Assembly: GCA_965116875.1 (NCBI GenBank)
Contig: OZ220733.1
Span: forward strand, 608,001 to 672,000
Direction of reading: 5' to 3'
DNA: 64,000 nt
Source of the DNA: Candidatus Latescibacterota bacterium
GTDB lineage: Bacteria > Latescibacterota > UBA2968 > GCA-2709665
The notes beneath the pieces were generated by a model. That model worked only from the letters and a program-made list of their open reading frames with translations. It ran no database searches and was not told the origin of the DNA. Positions 19,188 through 29,327 of the stretch are shown here, piece by piece (the stretch's first letter is position 1; each line of letters opens with the position of its first letter). The translations under genes were made by a program, and so were the position numbers.

Positions 19188-19400
19188 GCCGGCCCGATCC
19201 TTTGGGCGTGTGGCGCCCGGAGAACTTTCAGGGAACCGTCACCCGCAGCATCGTGTCTTTCATGGGTACGGGATCAACCGTCCCGCTCATGGCGCCATAT
19301 TGCGAAGGTTGGCGCCCGGAGTCCCCGGGTCGACGGGCGAAGCCTCGCGGAAACTCCGGCGCTCGTGTACCGCAGCCGTTCCCGTACGGAGGGTCGCAAG

Positions 19401-21863
19401 ATGCGTTTTGTTCTGGCTTTCGCGATTGCATGTGTCGTGGGTACGGCCGGCGTTGCCCGTGCCGCAACGACCGATTCCATCCGGATGTCGGTTGACGGGC
19501 TTTACCGCGAGGGCATGCGGCTGTACGAAGCCGGAGACCCGGACGCCGCGTTGCGGAAATTCAGAGAAGCACTGGGAATCAACAGGAAGCATGCGCCTTC
19601 CCTGGTCGGCATCGGCCACGTGTATCTGAAGCGTGGCAACCTGGATAAGGCGGAGGACGCGTTTATGGATGCCCGCCGCCGGAAGAGGAAATACGGACCC
19701 GCTCACAATGGGCTGGGGATGGTTTACATGCGCAAAGAAATGGGGTTGCAGTGGGCAATCCGGTACTTCCAGGACGCGATCTCGGTGGATCGATCCTATG
19801 CCGAGGCGTACTACAATCTGGCGGGGGCGTATCGGGCGATTGGCGACACCAAAGAGTTGATGGCCTACAGACGACTTTCAAAAATCGTACCGACGCACTC
19901 GGATGTCTGGTTTCGCATCGGTCGCATCTACAAGAATGGCGAGGCGGGCGAGTACGTCCAGAGAGAAAAGGCGGAAGCGGCCTTCCGGAGGCAACTCGAG
20001 GTCAACCCGGATCACGCGGAAGCGCGGCTGGCTCTGGGCGAGGTATTGACCGAACTGGAAAGGGCCGATGAGGCCGCGCCGGTTCTCACGCCGCTTGCGG
20101 AATCCGGAAATCCCCTGCAGCAGCGGTCGCTCGTGGCGTTGGCCGAAGCCTGGCTGAAGCAGCGCGAATTCGACCGCGCAGACGTCCTGTTCGACCGGTA
20201 TCTCGAGGGCCTGGGAGCGGACACGCAGACCGTATATTACGACCTGCGCAACGTGGCGGAGGAGGAGCGGGAGAAGTTCGACGCGGCGCCCCCGGCGGAA
20301 TGGAAGGCGCTTGCCGAGGAATATTGGGCGGCGCGGGACCCTGCCCCCGCAACGGCCGCGAACGAGCGAAAGCTGGAGCACTACCGCCGCGTGGCCTACT
20401 CGCTGGAGCATTTCGGAAAGGACCGGTTCCCCTGGGACGTGCGCGGCGACGTCTACGTCCGCTACGGCCGTCCCGCCCACGTGAGCAGTTCCGAAGACAT
20501 CCGTTTCGAAACCGACCCGAAGGCAATCAGGATCAAGGAACGGATCGCACTTCATGCCGGCGACGCGTTATCCCATATGCTCAGGGTGCGCAACAGCGAA
20601 ACGACTTCCCGCGGAGGAAGGGTTGGCGACCTGGGCGAGGCGAGTGTTCTGGGGCCGGTCAGCGAGAATCTGCGTGAGATGGAGGAGGCGGGCGTCACGC
20701 GAAACGCGACCGGCGGATACCAGGCGATTCCGTTGAGCGACGGCTCGGGGGACCTCTCCGGTAAATTGCGGATGACGTCCAGCATCCTGGGCTGGCCCGT
20801 TTATCCGGTGTCCGGCAAGGTGTGGGAATACTGGATTTATACGGACGTTGGGCCCGGGATGGAGATTACCTTCACCCGCACGCTGGGACAGACGTCGTTC
20901 AAATTCGCCGATATGCCCAGCGGGAAGGGCGGGCACTCCCGCCACCTCTATACGTGGCAGCGCATGAATCCCGGGTTGAAACTGGACCACGTGGGTCGCC
21001 GCGTGCCCACACTCTACAGGTCCACGTTCGCCACGGGTCCGTTGGCGTATTTCTTCGACTCGGCGGGCTTCAAGGGGGCGCAGGACGCTTCGAATCTCGA
21101 AGTGTACTTTGGAATTCCGCTCTGGGAGCTGTCTTTTACACCGGGCCCGGAAGGAAAGCCGACAGCTCGACTGAAAAACGGCGTGGCGCTCTACAACGAT
21201 GCGAACGAGCGTGTGCTGCGCAGAGACGGAGATCTCGAACTGTTTTCCGACGTCGCGGCAGATACCGCTCGCAGGGCGTACGTTCCGGAGATGTTTCGGG
21301 TTTCGGCGCCGCCTGGCAGATACCGGATGTCCGTGCAGGTTATCGATACCGGCACAGGCAGATCCCAGGTGTACGAGCAGCAGGTCATGTTGCCGTCATT
21401 TGCCCGCGGTTATCTGCGTCTGAGCGGCATCCAGATGGCCGCGTCCATCCAGCCCGCAAAGGACGATCGGTTCCGAAAGGGAGACATCCAGGTCGTACCC
21501 AATCCCACGCGGACGTATGAACGCGGGCAATCCGTCTTCATCTACTACGAAGTCTATCATCTGAAGCGGGACGAGTTCGGAGCCACGCGTTACCGGGTGG
21601 CTTACGAAATGCGGTCGGCGCTGAGCGGATCGGTTGGCGCGCGCATTCGAAGCGGAATCGGCAGGCTGCTGGATATCCGGCAACACGACCAGGCGTCGAT
21701 TTCAATCGAATACGCCCATATCGGAAACCGTGAAGACGACCAGGGATACGTGGAGCTGGACATGGCCGCCTCCGATCCGGGCGAAAAATTCCTGCGGGTG
21801 ACCGTAACGGACCAGGTGTCGGGACAGACGACAACAGGAACCACGAGACTGACGATCAGGTAG
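19401..21863 (+). CDS. secreted TPR + GWxTD-domain protein
   Basis: Signal peptide, several TPR repeats, YWAARDP, EHYRRVAYS and PWDVRGDVYVRYGRP. The C-terminus is homologous to the protein at the window start. Confidence 0.85.
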   Translation: MRFVLAFAIACVVGTAGVARAATTDSIRMSVDGLYREGMRLYEAGDPDAALRKFREALGINRKHAPSLVGIGHVYLKRGNLDKAEDAFMDARRRKRKYGPAHNGLGMVYMRKEMGLQWAIRYFQDAISVDRSYAEAYYNLAGAYRAIGDTKELMAYRRLSKIVPTHSDVWFRIGRIYKNGEAGEYVQREKAEAAFRRQLEVNPDHAEARLALGEVLTELERADEAAPVLTPLAESGNPLQQRSLVALAEAWLKQREFDRADVLFDRYLEGLGADTQTVYYDLRNVAEEEREKFDAAPPAEWKALAEEYWAARDPAPATAANERKLEHYRRVAYSLEHFGKDRFPWDVRGDVYVRYGRPAHVSSSEDIRFETDPKAIRIKERIALHAGDALSHMLRVRNSETTSRGGRVGDLGEASVLGPVSENLREMEEAGVTRNATGGYQAIPLSDGSGDLSGKLRMTSSILGWPVYPVSGKVWEYWIYTDVGPGMEITFTRTLGQTSFKFADMPSGKGGHSRHLYTWQRMNPGLKLDHVGRRVPTLYRSTFATGPLAYFFDSAGFKGAQDASNLEVYFGIPLWELSFTPGPEGKPTARLKNGVALYNDANERVLRRDGDLELFSDVAADTARRAYVPEMFRVSAPPGRYRMSVQVIDTGTGRSQVYEQQVMLPSFARGYLRLSGIQMAASIQPAKDDRFRKGDIQVVPNPTRTYERGQSVFIYYEVYHLKRDEFGATRYRVAYEMRSALSGSVGARIRSGIGRLLDIRQHDQASISIEYAHIGNREDDQGYVELDMAASDPGEKFLRVTVTDQVSGQTTTGTTRLTIR

Positions 21864-21958
21864 GATGGTCCTCACTCCTGAGATCCGGGAGCAGGACGGG
21901 AGCAGCCGATGACATCGAATGAGACGGAACATCGAAATGGCGTGCCGCGGAGCGATCC

Positions 21959-24244
21959 ATGAACTTCAACCTGCCATTCCGGATGGCTCTGGCCGTTCTT
22001 CTGTCCGCGTGTTCTGAGGAAAAGGCCGCGGTCAGGGTCTCCGGTGCGGTGACGCGTCCGGGTACATACACACACAAACCGGAATGGACCGTGGCCGACT
22101 ACGTAGCGGCCGGCGGCGGATATACGGCGGAGGCGGTCGTGTCGGAGGGAAGGCTGATCCGGGTACAGCGGGACAGCGTGACCGGCGAGGAGACGAACCG
22201 CTCGTGGTGGCCTCTGATATCTTCGCCCGCGGTCTTCGCGGGGGACGTCATATTCGTCCCGTTTCGGACGTACGCGGTGCGGATGGATACGGTACGGCCT
22301 GTAGAAAACCTGACCGTTCAGTGGAAAGGCAGGGAGTATCGGGTTCCGCAAGCGTGGCTCGCCGAAGGCCGGACCGACTCGGGCGTGATGGTTGCTTCCG
22401 TGATCGGCGCCGGCACGGTCGTCGAGAGCGAAAAAGGCGAAGCGCTGGGCAGATTTCAATATCTCTACCTGCACGTACACCCCGATGTCTACGACGAACT
22501 GGACCTTCGTGCCGGAAGCCCGGCGGCGAACGACATGATCCTGGAAGATGCCGTGGGTGTCCATCAAAGCATCTTTCCCAGACTCCGCCACCGGTCCGGT
22601 GAACGGGCCGAGATGCCACCCGATGGATATCTACGGGTACTTGCGGGCGTGTGGCCGAAACCCGGGAGCAGGACGAATCCCGGTTCGGGCATGCGCCGGC
22701 GGAAATACAGGGACGGACGGGAGTGGACGACGTTTCCGGACGGCAGGCAGCGAACGGTTTTCCCGGACGGCCGTGTGGAAGTGGAACTGCCGGACGGGTC
22801 GCGAGAAAACCGCTATCCCGACGGCAGGATCGAAATGACGGATGCGAGGGGCAACGTGCGTTTGACGCATCCGGATGGAAGAATCGCCGTCACGTTTGCG
22901 GACGGCAACCGTGAAGAACGCTTTGCAGACGGGCGAATCGTCCAGCAGTTCAAGACAGGAACAAGCCGGACGATTTTTCCTGACGGCAGCGAGAGGACGC
23001 GATTCAAGGACGGCACCCTCCGTGTCAGGCGCAGAAATGGCACCGTGGAAATGACCTTTCCCGAGGGAATGACCGAAACCCGTCACGCGGACGGCCGAAT
23101 CGTTGCTGTAACCGGTGAGGGTCACCGGGTCACCGTGTTCCCGAACGGACGTAGGCTTACCCGGGCAACTGACGGTACGGTACTCGAGGAATTCGCCGAC
23201 GGGCGGAGGATGCAGCGCGGACCGGACGGCGAGCGCGTGGAGGTATTCATCGACGGGACCAGGCGAACGTCATTCAAGGACGGCTCCTCGGTTATTGAGA
23301 AACCTGACGGCGTCCGCGTCGAGCGACACGCGGATGGGTTGACCGTCGAGATGTTCCCCGACGGGCGTGAGGTACAGACGGGCGCGGATGGCATCCGCCT
23401 CGAGGTGTTTCCCGACGGACGGAAGGTGCAGATCGACGCCCATGGCAACCGGCTGGAGACGTTTCCGGACGGCCGGCGTTTTCAGAGCGACGCAGAAGGC
23501 AACCACATTGAGGAGTTTCCCGACGGGACGCGGATCAAGACCTTTGTGAATGCCTACAGGTACTGGGGACAGTTGAGAGATGATCTCGCGGAGGTTGACG
23601 AATTTCCGGACCGACTGCCGCCGGGGAGTCGCCTTCGGGTGGCGGGCGCCATAAGTCCCGACCTCGACGACCTTCAGGCGGCGGTTTTCCGGCTGCCCGA
23701 TGGCAATGTGTCCGACTTTCCCGTGGAGCGGCAGGACGGAAGGTTTTCCTTTGTATTCCCCGAAAGTGTCCTGGCGACATCAGGAAACTACCGCGTACAG
23801 GTCCTGGCGCAACTCACCGAAGGGTTCACCGTGTTGGCGGACCGGCCCGTGGTCGTTGGAAACCCGTCGCCGCCCGGGAATCTGGTGCTCGCGGTCATGC
23901 CGTATCGAGGCGCGGACGAAGCCCGAAGCCGGCTCTCGGGGATGATCCACGCGGCGCGCAGCCGTCTGGGGCTACCGCCCCTCGAGGTGAATCCTCGGCT
24001 GATGGATGCAGCCACGGCGAGACTGTGGGACGTCCTGTCGTCCGGCGGCCCGGCGACCGAACCGATGGCCTGGGGCGCGGAGAGTACAACCCGGGGTCCT
24101 TCCGTTGAGGAGGTATTTACCTATATGATGCACAGCGCGCCCCAGAGGCGGAGCATTCTGAGCCCCGAATGGAAGCACATGGGGCTGGCCGTGGATCAGG
24201 ACGGGGGGGATATCGTGGCGGTGGTGATTCTCGATCACGCATAG
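21959..24244 (+). CDS. lipoprotein with SLBB domain, ~31 x 9-aa PDG repeats (TCP10/CPAP G-box-like) and C-terminal CAP/SCP-like domain
   Basis: Lipobox LLSAC; SLBB motif VSGAVTRPGTY...TVADYVAAGGGYT; periodic xxxxFPDGR repeats; CAP-like ARSRLGLPPL...SAPQRRSILSPEWKHMGLAV. Confidence 0.8.
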   Translation: MNFNLPFRMALAVLLSACSEEKAAVRVSGAVTRPGTYTHKPEWTVADYVAAGGGYTAEAVVSEGRLIRVQRDSVTGEETNRSWWPLISSPAVFAGDVIFVPFRTYAVRMDTVRPVENLTVQWKGREYRVPQAWLAEGRTDSGVMVASVIGAGTVVESEKGEALGRFQYLYLHVHPDVYDELDLRAGSPAANDMILEDAVGVHQSIFPRLRHRSGERAEMPPDGYLRVLAGVWPKPGSRTNPGSGMRRRKYRDGREWTTFPDGRQRTVFPDGRVEVELPDGSRENRYPDGRIEMTDARGNVRLTHPDGRIAVTFADGNREERFADGRIVQQFKTGTSRTIFPDGSERTRFKDGTLRVRRRNGTVEMTFPEGMTETRHADGRIVAVTGEGHRVTVFPNGRRLTRATDGTVLEEFADGRRMQRGPDGERVEVFIDGTRRTSFKDGSSVIEKPDGVRVERHADGLTVEMFPDGREVQTGADGIRLEVFPDGRKVQIDAHGNRLETFPDGRRFQSDAEGNHIEEFPDGTRIKTFVNAYRYWGQLRDDLAEVDEFPDRLPPGSRLRVAGAISPDLDDLQAAVFRLPDGNVSDFPVERQDGRFSFVFPESVLATSGNYRVQVLAQLTEGFTVLADRPVVVGNPSPPGNLVLAVMPYRGADEARSRLSGMIHAARSRLGLPPLEVNPRLMDAATARLWDVLSSGGPATEPMAWGAESTTRGPSVEEVFTYMMHSAPQRRSILSPEWKHMGLAVDQDGGDIVAVVILDHA
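22694..23545 (+). repeat. intragenic degenerate 27-bp (9-aa) repeat array
   Basis: EWTTFPDGR QRTVFPDGR VEVELPDGS RENRYPDGR ... HIEEFPDGT, with a strict 9-residue period. Confidence 0.85.
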
Positions 24245-24260
24245 CGAACTCGTTACGGAT

Positions 24261-24300
24261 ACGGAAAGGGCCGCCCTGAATTCGGCGGCCCTTTCCGTTT
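24261..24300. terminator. probable bidirectional rho-independent terminator
   Basis: ACGGAAAGGGCCGCC-ctgaattc-GGCGGCCCTTTCCGT between convergent genes. Confidence 0.8.
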
Positions 24301-24372
24301 GCAGTGACGCGGGACGACGACTCAACGGAAAAACAAGCGCCTGTACCCGCACGTTCATCCGGTAAGGCCCTG

Positions 24373-25455
24373 CTATTTCCGCCCGTATTGCAGGATGAAA
24401 TCTTCCACCATTTCACGGGCCTCATCGTCGCTGAACTGCTCGGGCGGCGTCTTCATAAAGTAGGAGGAAGGACCCAGCAACGGTCCCTTCAGGCCGCGTT
24501 CCAGACCCAGTTTGCAGCAACGAACAGCGTCGATGACCACGCCCGCGGAGTTGGGCGAGTCCCAGACTTCCAGCTTCAGCTCCAGGTTGAGCGGCACGCC
24601 GCCAAAGGTCTCACCCTCCATCCGGATGTGACACCACTTCCGGTCTTCCAGCCACGGCACATGATCGCTGGGGCCGACGTGTACGTTCGCCTCGCCCAGA
24701 TCGTAGTCAAGCTGGGAAGTCACGGCATTGGTCTTGCTGATCTTCTTGGATTCCAGCCTCGAACGTTCCAGCATGTTGTAGAAGTCGGTATTTCCGCCAA
24801 AGTTCAGCTGGTACGTGCGGGTAAGCTTGACGCCTCGCTCACGGAAGAGCCGGGTGAGAACCCGGTGGGCGATGGTTGCGCCAACCTGCGATTTGATATC
24901 GTCCCCAATGATGGGCAGGCCGCGCTTTTCAAATCGCTCGGGCCAGTGTCCCGCGCTCGCAATAAAGACGGGCACACAGTTGACAAAACCGCAGCCGGCT
25001 TGAAGAACCTGCTCCACGTACCACTTCGTGGCCTCTTCGCTGCCAACGGGCAGATAGTTGACAACCACATCGGTTCCCGTGGCCTTGAGAACCTCCGCAA
25101 CGTCTACAGTACTCCCGTCGGCCTTCGTTATGACTTCGCTGAGATATCGACCCAGTCCGTCGTGGGTCATACCGCGCTGAACGGGCACGTCGAGGTGAGG
25201 CACATCCGCGAACTTGACGGTATTATTCGGTTCGGTGAAGATCGCCTCGCCGAGGTCTTTGCCAACCTTGTTCGAGTCTATGTCGAACGCCGCCGAGAAC
25301 TCGACGTCGCGGATGTGATAGCCGCCCAGTTCGGGATGCATCAGCCCGGGAATGAAGCTGTCTGCGGGAGCATCCCTGTAATATTGGACACCCTGAACGA
25401 GAGAAGACGCGCAGTTGCCCACGCCGACGATGGCAACCCTGACTTTTCTGGCCAT
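24373..25455 (-). CDS. ino1: myo-inositol-1-phosphate synthase (actinobacterial/archaeal short type)
   Basis: [41 protein letters not shown] and [18 protein letters not shown]. Confidence 0.95.
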   Translation of the reverse strand: MARKVRVAIVGVGNCASSLVQGVQYYRDAPADSFIPGLMHPELGGYHIRDVEFSAAFDIDSNKVGKDLGEAIFTEPNNTVKFADVPHLDVPVQRGMTHDGLGRYLSEVITKADGSTVDVAEVLKATGTDVVVNYLPVGSEEATKWYVEQVLQAGCGFVNCVPVFIASAGHWPERFEKRGLPIIGDDIKSQVGATIAHRVLTRLFRERGVKLTRTYQLNFGGNTDFYNMLERSRLESKKISKTNAVTSQLDYDLGEANVHVGPSDHVPWLEDRKWCHIRMEGETFGGVPLNLELKLEVWDSPNSAGVVIDAVRCCKLGLERGLKGPLLGPSSYFMKTPPEQFSDDEAREMVEDFILQYGRK

Positions 25456-25477
25456 TTATTGACTCCTTTCATGTATA

Positions 25478-25606
25478 GCAGCCCGTTGAAAAAGTCCATC
25501 CGGGCTACGGCCGGCCCTTGCGGTCGAAAACCTGCGTTGCGCTCCCTCGCCGAATCGCAGGATGGGACTCGGCCTCGCCTGAAGAGCGACTTTATCAACG
25601 GACTGA
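25478..25606. mobile_element. MITE-like element, family B
   Basis: Terminal inverted repeats CAGCCCGTTGAAAAAGTC (25479-96) and GACTTTATCAACGGACTG (25588-605), 16/18 match; TA on both flanks. Confidence 0.75.
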
Positions 25607-25690
25607 TAACCATTTGCCGATCCACACACAGACGGGTTACAAGATAGGTATATTTATATATTTGACAAATGAATAATTACTATATTATTT

Positions 25691-25705
25691 ATAGATTTTC
25701 TCTAT
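25691..25705. promoter_or_regulatory. LysR-type recognition box
   Basis: ATAG-N7-CTAT (T-N11-A) palindrome in the AT-rich interval between divergent ino1 and lysR. Confidence 0.6.
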
Positions 25706-25823
25706 GGATAAACGGTTTTTTCGGGCGTGGCACAATCCGGGCGCCCACCGGCGTTACAACCACCTCTTCCGACTCACCTCTACCCTCTCGCGGCCTCTCG
25801 AAAAAGCACAACAGGAGGTGTAA

Positions 25824-26747
25824 ATGAACCTGCAACACCTGAAATATTTCCTGGCGGTGGCGCGGGAGCGAAGTTTCAGCCGTGCGGCCCGGGAACTCCA
25901 CGTGACGCAGCCTACCGTCAGCAGTGGCGTGGCCGACCTGGAACGCGCGCTGGGCGTGCGGCTGTTCAACCGGGGCAATCGTCACGTGGGCCTGACAATG
26001 GAGGGAAGGACGCTCGCGAATTACGGAATGCAGATCCAGGACCTGGTGGAGTCGACCGAAGACCGGCTGAGACGGAGGGACGTTTTACCGGGCGAAGGAT
26101 TTCAGTTCGGCGCGATCGACGCCGCCGTTACCTATCTGTTACCGGACATCCTGAAAGCATACATGCGGGATTTCCCGAACGTGGCGCTTTCGGTACAGGT
26201 GGCGCCCTCTCGATACCTCGTGGACGATCTGCTGCTGAACCGCTCCGAATTCGCGGTGATTTCGCTTCCGTTCGCCCATCCGAAACTGGAAACGGTTTCC
26301 ATACATCGAGACTCCATGCCCCTGGTAACAGGCGCGTCGCATCCGTTTGCCCGGCGCTCGTCGGTGACGCTGGAAGAGGTCGCTGCTGAGCCGTTGATTC
26401 TGTTTCACGCCGATTCCGTGTCTAGAAAAATCGTGGACGAACGGTTTGCCGAGGCCGGAGTGTCCCCGGGCGTGGTCATGGAAATGCGGAGTCCGGAGGC
26501 CATGCGGAAGCTGGTCGAGGTGGGCGTGGGCATTTCTTTCCTGCCGCATCTGACCGTTCTGGATTCGCTGACGTCGGGAGCGCTGGTGACCGTTACCGTT
26601 CAGGGCGTGCGGTTTGGCCGTGAGATTGGCGTGGCCTGGCGACATGGGCGATATTTCGGACCCGCGATCCGGCGTCTGCTTGACGCCGTTTTTGAACGGT
26701 TCGGGATACCAGCGGACGGAATGCACGTGGATCCACAGGATACTTAG
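25824..26747 (+). CDS. LysR family transcriptional regulator
   Basis: MNLQHLKYF...SFSRAARELHVTQPTVS...LERALGVRLFNR HTH. AGGAGG RBS. Confidence 0.95.
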   Translation: MNLQHLKYFLAVARERSFSRAARELHVTQPTVSSGVADLERALGVRLFNRGNRHVGLTMEGRTLANYGMQIQDLVESTEDRLRRRDVLPGEGFQFGAIDAAVTYLLPDILKAYMRDFPNVALSVQVAPSRYLVDDLLLNRSEFAVISLPFAHPKLETVSIHRDSMPLVTGASHPFARRSSVTLEEVAAEPLILFHADSVSRKIVDERFAEAGVSPGVVMEMRSPEAMRKLVEVGVGISFLPHLTVLDSLTSGALVTVTVQGVRFGREIGVAWRHGRYFGPAIRRLLDAVFERFGIPADGMHVDPQDT

Positions 26748-26778
26748 CCCCAATTCGAAAAAAACTGCAACCGGGCGT

Positions 26779-26940
26779 CGCGATAAAACCCTCCGAAACG
26801 GGGCGAAATCGTCGTCCAGACGGACATCTGTTCCATTCACGTCCAGTGACCTGGTTTATCCTGATAATCCGCAGTTTAATCGCCTTTATCAACTTGCACA
26901 TATACGAATTAACGTCCACGAAAACATACGAATCCTGGTT
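26779..26940. repeat. dispersed ~160-bp repeat/MITE-like element, family C, intact copy
   Basis: Its reverse complement aligns with 33657-33710 joined to 33986-34095, sharing blocks GGACGTTAATTCG, AAAGGCGATTAAACTGC and CCCGTTTCG. Confidence 0.7.
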
Positions 26941-28129
26941 AGTATTTTACCGTCTTCACCTCGGTCGACTTCAGCGCCTGCTCGACCAACGGGGACAGGT
27001 CCAGTTTCGGTTCAATCTCGCGTACCGTTTTCAGATTGGCGCGGGTCTCCGGATGTTTGGGTACAAAGACCGTACAGCAGTCCTCATAGGGCTCAATTGA
27101 AACATCGTATGTCCCGATGCGCCGTGCAAGTTCGATGATTTCCTCCTTGTTGTCCCCGGAAAGCGGTCGCAGAAGGGGAAGCGGTGTCGCTTCCTCGATC
27201 GCGCGTATATTCGACAGGGTCTGAGAGGCGACCTGACCGATACTCTCGCCCGTGACAAGGGCCTGCGCGCCCTCCCTTTCGGCGATGGCTTCGGCGATCC
27301 GCAACATCACCCTTCGATAGAGGACCACCCGGTAGCCCGGCGGCGCATGGGTCATCACGCGGCGCTGGACCTCAACGAACGGGACAAGATACAGCGTTGA
27401 CCTGTACTGGTACCGCGTCAGCACCCGGACAAGCTCCTCGGTATTGCGCTGCGAACTCCGGTTGGTATACGGCTGGCTGTGGAAATGTACGAACGAGAGC
27501 CGCACGCCGCGTTTCATCGTCTTGTATGATGCAACCGGTGAGTCGATGCCCGAGGAAAGCAGACTGACCGCGCGTTCGTTCGCGCCCACGGGCAGGCCGC
27601 CCGGCCCCGGTGTCTTCCGGGTATAGATGAAGGCGCCCTCGTAGGACACCTCGACGAAACAGGTCAGGTCCGGATCGTCCAGTTTGACCCGTGCGCCGGA
27701 GAACTTCTGAACGTGGGCGCCCACGTCGCGGTTGATTTCCTCTGACGTAAGCGGAAAACTCTTGTCTCCGCGACGCGCGGCAATCTTGAACGAGCGAAAA
27801 TCCTGCTGCCGAACGACGTCCCACGCCGCAGCCCGAATGTGTTCGATGGCATTCGGGACACGAACGGCTTCTGAGAAATTCGCGATCCCGAACACGTCAA
27901 CCAGGCGCTCCCCGATGGCCTCGATTCCCGCGTCCGGGTGAAGTTCCAGGATGATGCGACCGGAAAGGCGTCGGACGGCCCCGCGCGGCAGACCCTTTAA
28001 CGCGCGAGTGATATTGGTGAGCAACTGCCGTTCGAACCGGCCGCGGTTCCTGCCCTTCAGGCCGATTTCGTGGTAATGTATGAGAATCACAGGTTCGGGC
28101 ACGGCGTCCATAGCGTCTTTCGTGAACAT
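26939..28129 (-). CDS. thiI: tRNA 4-thiouridine synthase ThiI
   Basis: HYHEIGLKGRNR, THUMP domain, PP-loop LLSSGIDSPVA, TGESIGQVASQT and EDCC. Start uncertain (28111, 28129 or 28189). Confidence 0.95.
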   Translation of the reverse strand: MFTKDAMDAVPEPVILIHYHEIGLKGRNRGRFERQLLTNITRALKGLPRGAVRRLSGRIILELHPDAGIEAIGERLVDVFGIANFSEAVRVPNAIEHIRAAAWDVVRQQDFRSFKIAARRGDKSFPLTSEEINRDVGAHVQKFSGARVKLDDPDLTCFVEVSYEGAFIYTRKTPGPGGLPVGANERAVSLLSSGIDSPVASYKTMKRGVRLSFVHFHSQPYTNRSSQRNTEELVRVLTRYQYRSTLYLVPFVEVQRRVMTHAPPGYRVVLYRRVMLRIAEAIAEREGAQALVTGESIGQVASQTLSNIRAIEEATPLPLLRPLSGDNKEEIIELARRIGTYDVSIEPYEDCCTVFVPKHPETRANLKTVREIEPKLDLSPLVEQALKSTEVKTVKY

Positions 28130-28205
28130 CGAACGAGACGAAGCTGGCCGGCTGGCCCGTCCCGCGGGACGGCTGTACAGTTCCGGCACTCGTGTCGATC
28201 ACCCG

Positions 28206-29315
28206 TTATATTTCCTTTAGAATCCGGTAGAGATTGTGCAGGAAGGTCCGGTTGTCCCCGTCGACGTAAATCATCTCGCCTCCCATTCGGCTGAACGACT
28301 TGCAGAACCTGAGATAGTACGCCGGATTGTCTTTGGGAGGTTCGCCCCCGGACCAATCCCAGGTCACCGGCGCCAGATCGTTGACCGCAATGAACGTGCG
28401 TACAACGCGCCTGTGTTCCTGAATGCGCAGGTTGTTGGCCAGCGAAAGGGCTTTTTCGAAGACCTGCGGCGCCATCACGGCTGAGCCAATGGAGAGAAAC
28501 ACGCCTCCATCCAGCTCGACGACGCCGCGCGTGAACACCCGAAAATCGATATCCGCGCCACGGCCGATTGCCGCGCCGTTCGCGAGGTGATGGTTGTGGA
28601 TGATGTCGTAGCCGATACCGGGATGAACCGTGAGCGGTACGCCGAGTCGGTAAGCCCGTGCCGTAAGGGAAAAATCCCCATATGGATGTTCGACGTTGAA
28701 GCGGCCGGAAGGAATGTCAAATCGCGAGAGGACCTGGAGCAATTCGGCGTACGCCGGCATGCCGGGCGAGTCCGTGGGGGCCGCGGCCCAGTCGCGCAGT
28801 GCGGATGCCAGGTCGTTGCGTGAGGGAATCTCACAACCGTCGTCGGCGATGAACTTTCCGAGAGATTCGCCGTAGCCCCTGCCCTCCAGCGCACCGGCGA
28901 GAACGGCCAGATGGATGTATCTGCCGGTTTCCTCCCACGTTCCGAAACACCCCTTCGCGACGTTTTCCCGCACGTCTTCTTCGGAACGCCCCTGAAAGGC
29001 ATATTCCCAGTCGTGGATCGTGCCGGCGCCGTTGGTGGCCAGATGGGTGATCCAACCGCCCTCCATCAGGCGGGTCACGACCGGCCCCAGGCCGTTCTTG
29101 ACCAGATGGGCCCCGTACGCCAGCATGACGGAAGCGCCCCGCCGCCTGGCGTCGCGGATTTCTTCAGCAACGCGCCGCAGCCTCTCGACCGCCGGCGCGG
29201 GGTCGGGCGCGGGGGAGTCGGGATCAACCATGACCTCGTCGATCGAGAACTTGCTCCGTCTCTCGGATAGAGGTCTGAGGACGAGGTCCCGATGGTCGAT
29301 TTGTCGATACGGCAT
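28206..29315 (-). CDS. deoxyhypusine-synthase-like (GSU2086-like) protein
   Basis: YGAHLVKNGLGP, LATNGAGTIHDWE, TVHPGIGYDI and SIGSAVMAPQVFEKALS. Confidence 0.7.
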   Translation of the reverse strand: MPYRQIDHRDLVLRPLSERRSKFSIDEVMVDPDSPAPDPAPAVERLRRVAEEIRDARRRGASVMLAYGAHLVKNGLGPVVTRLMEGGWITHLATNGAGTIHDWEYAFQGRSEEDVRENVAKGCFGTWEETGRYIHLAVLAGALEGRGYGESLGKFIADDGCEIPSRNDLASALRDWAAAPTDSPGMPAYAELLQVLSRFDIPSGRFNVEHPYGDFSLTARAYRLGVPLTVHPGIGYDIIHNHHLANGAAIGRGADIDFRVFTRGVVELDGGVFLSIGSAVMAPQVFEKALSLANNLRIQEHRRVVRTFIAVNDLAPVTWDWSGGEPPKDNPAYYLRFCKSFSRMGGEMIYVDGDNRTFLHNLYRILKEI

Positions 29316-29327
29316 GAGCCCACTTGC

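Noticed and set aside
19205-19325. Direct repeat TGGCGCCCGGAG x2 in the AKR-GWxTD intergenic region; possible riboswitch or ncRNA
   Set aside because: A 12-bp GC-rich repeat is plausible by chance, and no known RNA motif was recognised.
22694-23545. Periodic CCGGACGG-like repeats as a possible CRISPR array
   Set aside because: The repeats are degenerate, codon-phased (27 bp) and inside an ORF. There is no constant repeat/unique spacer structure and no cas gene.
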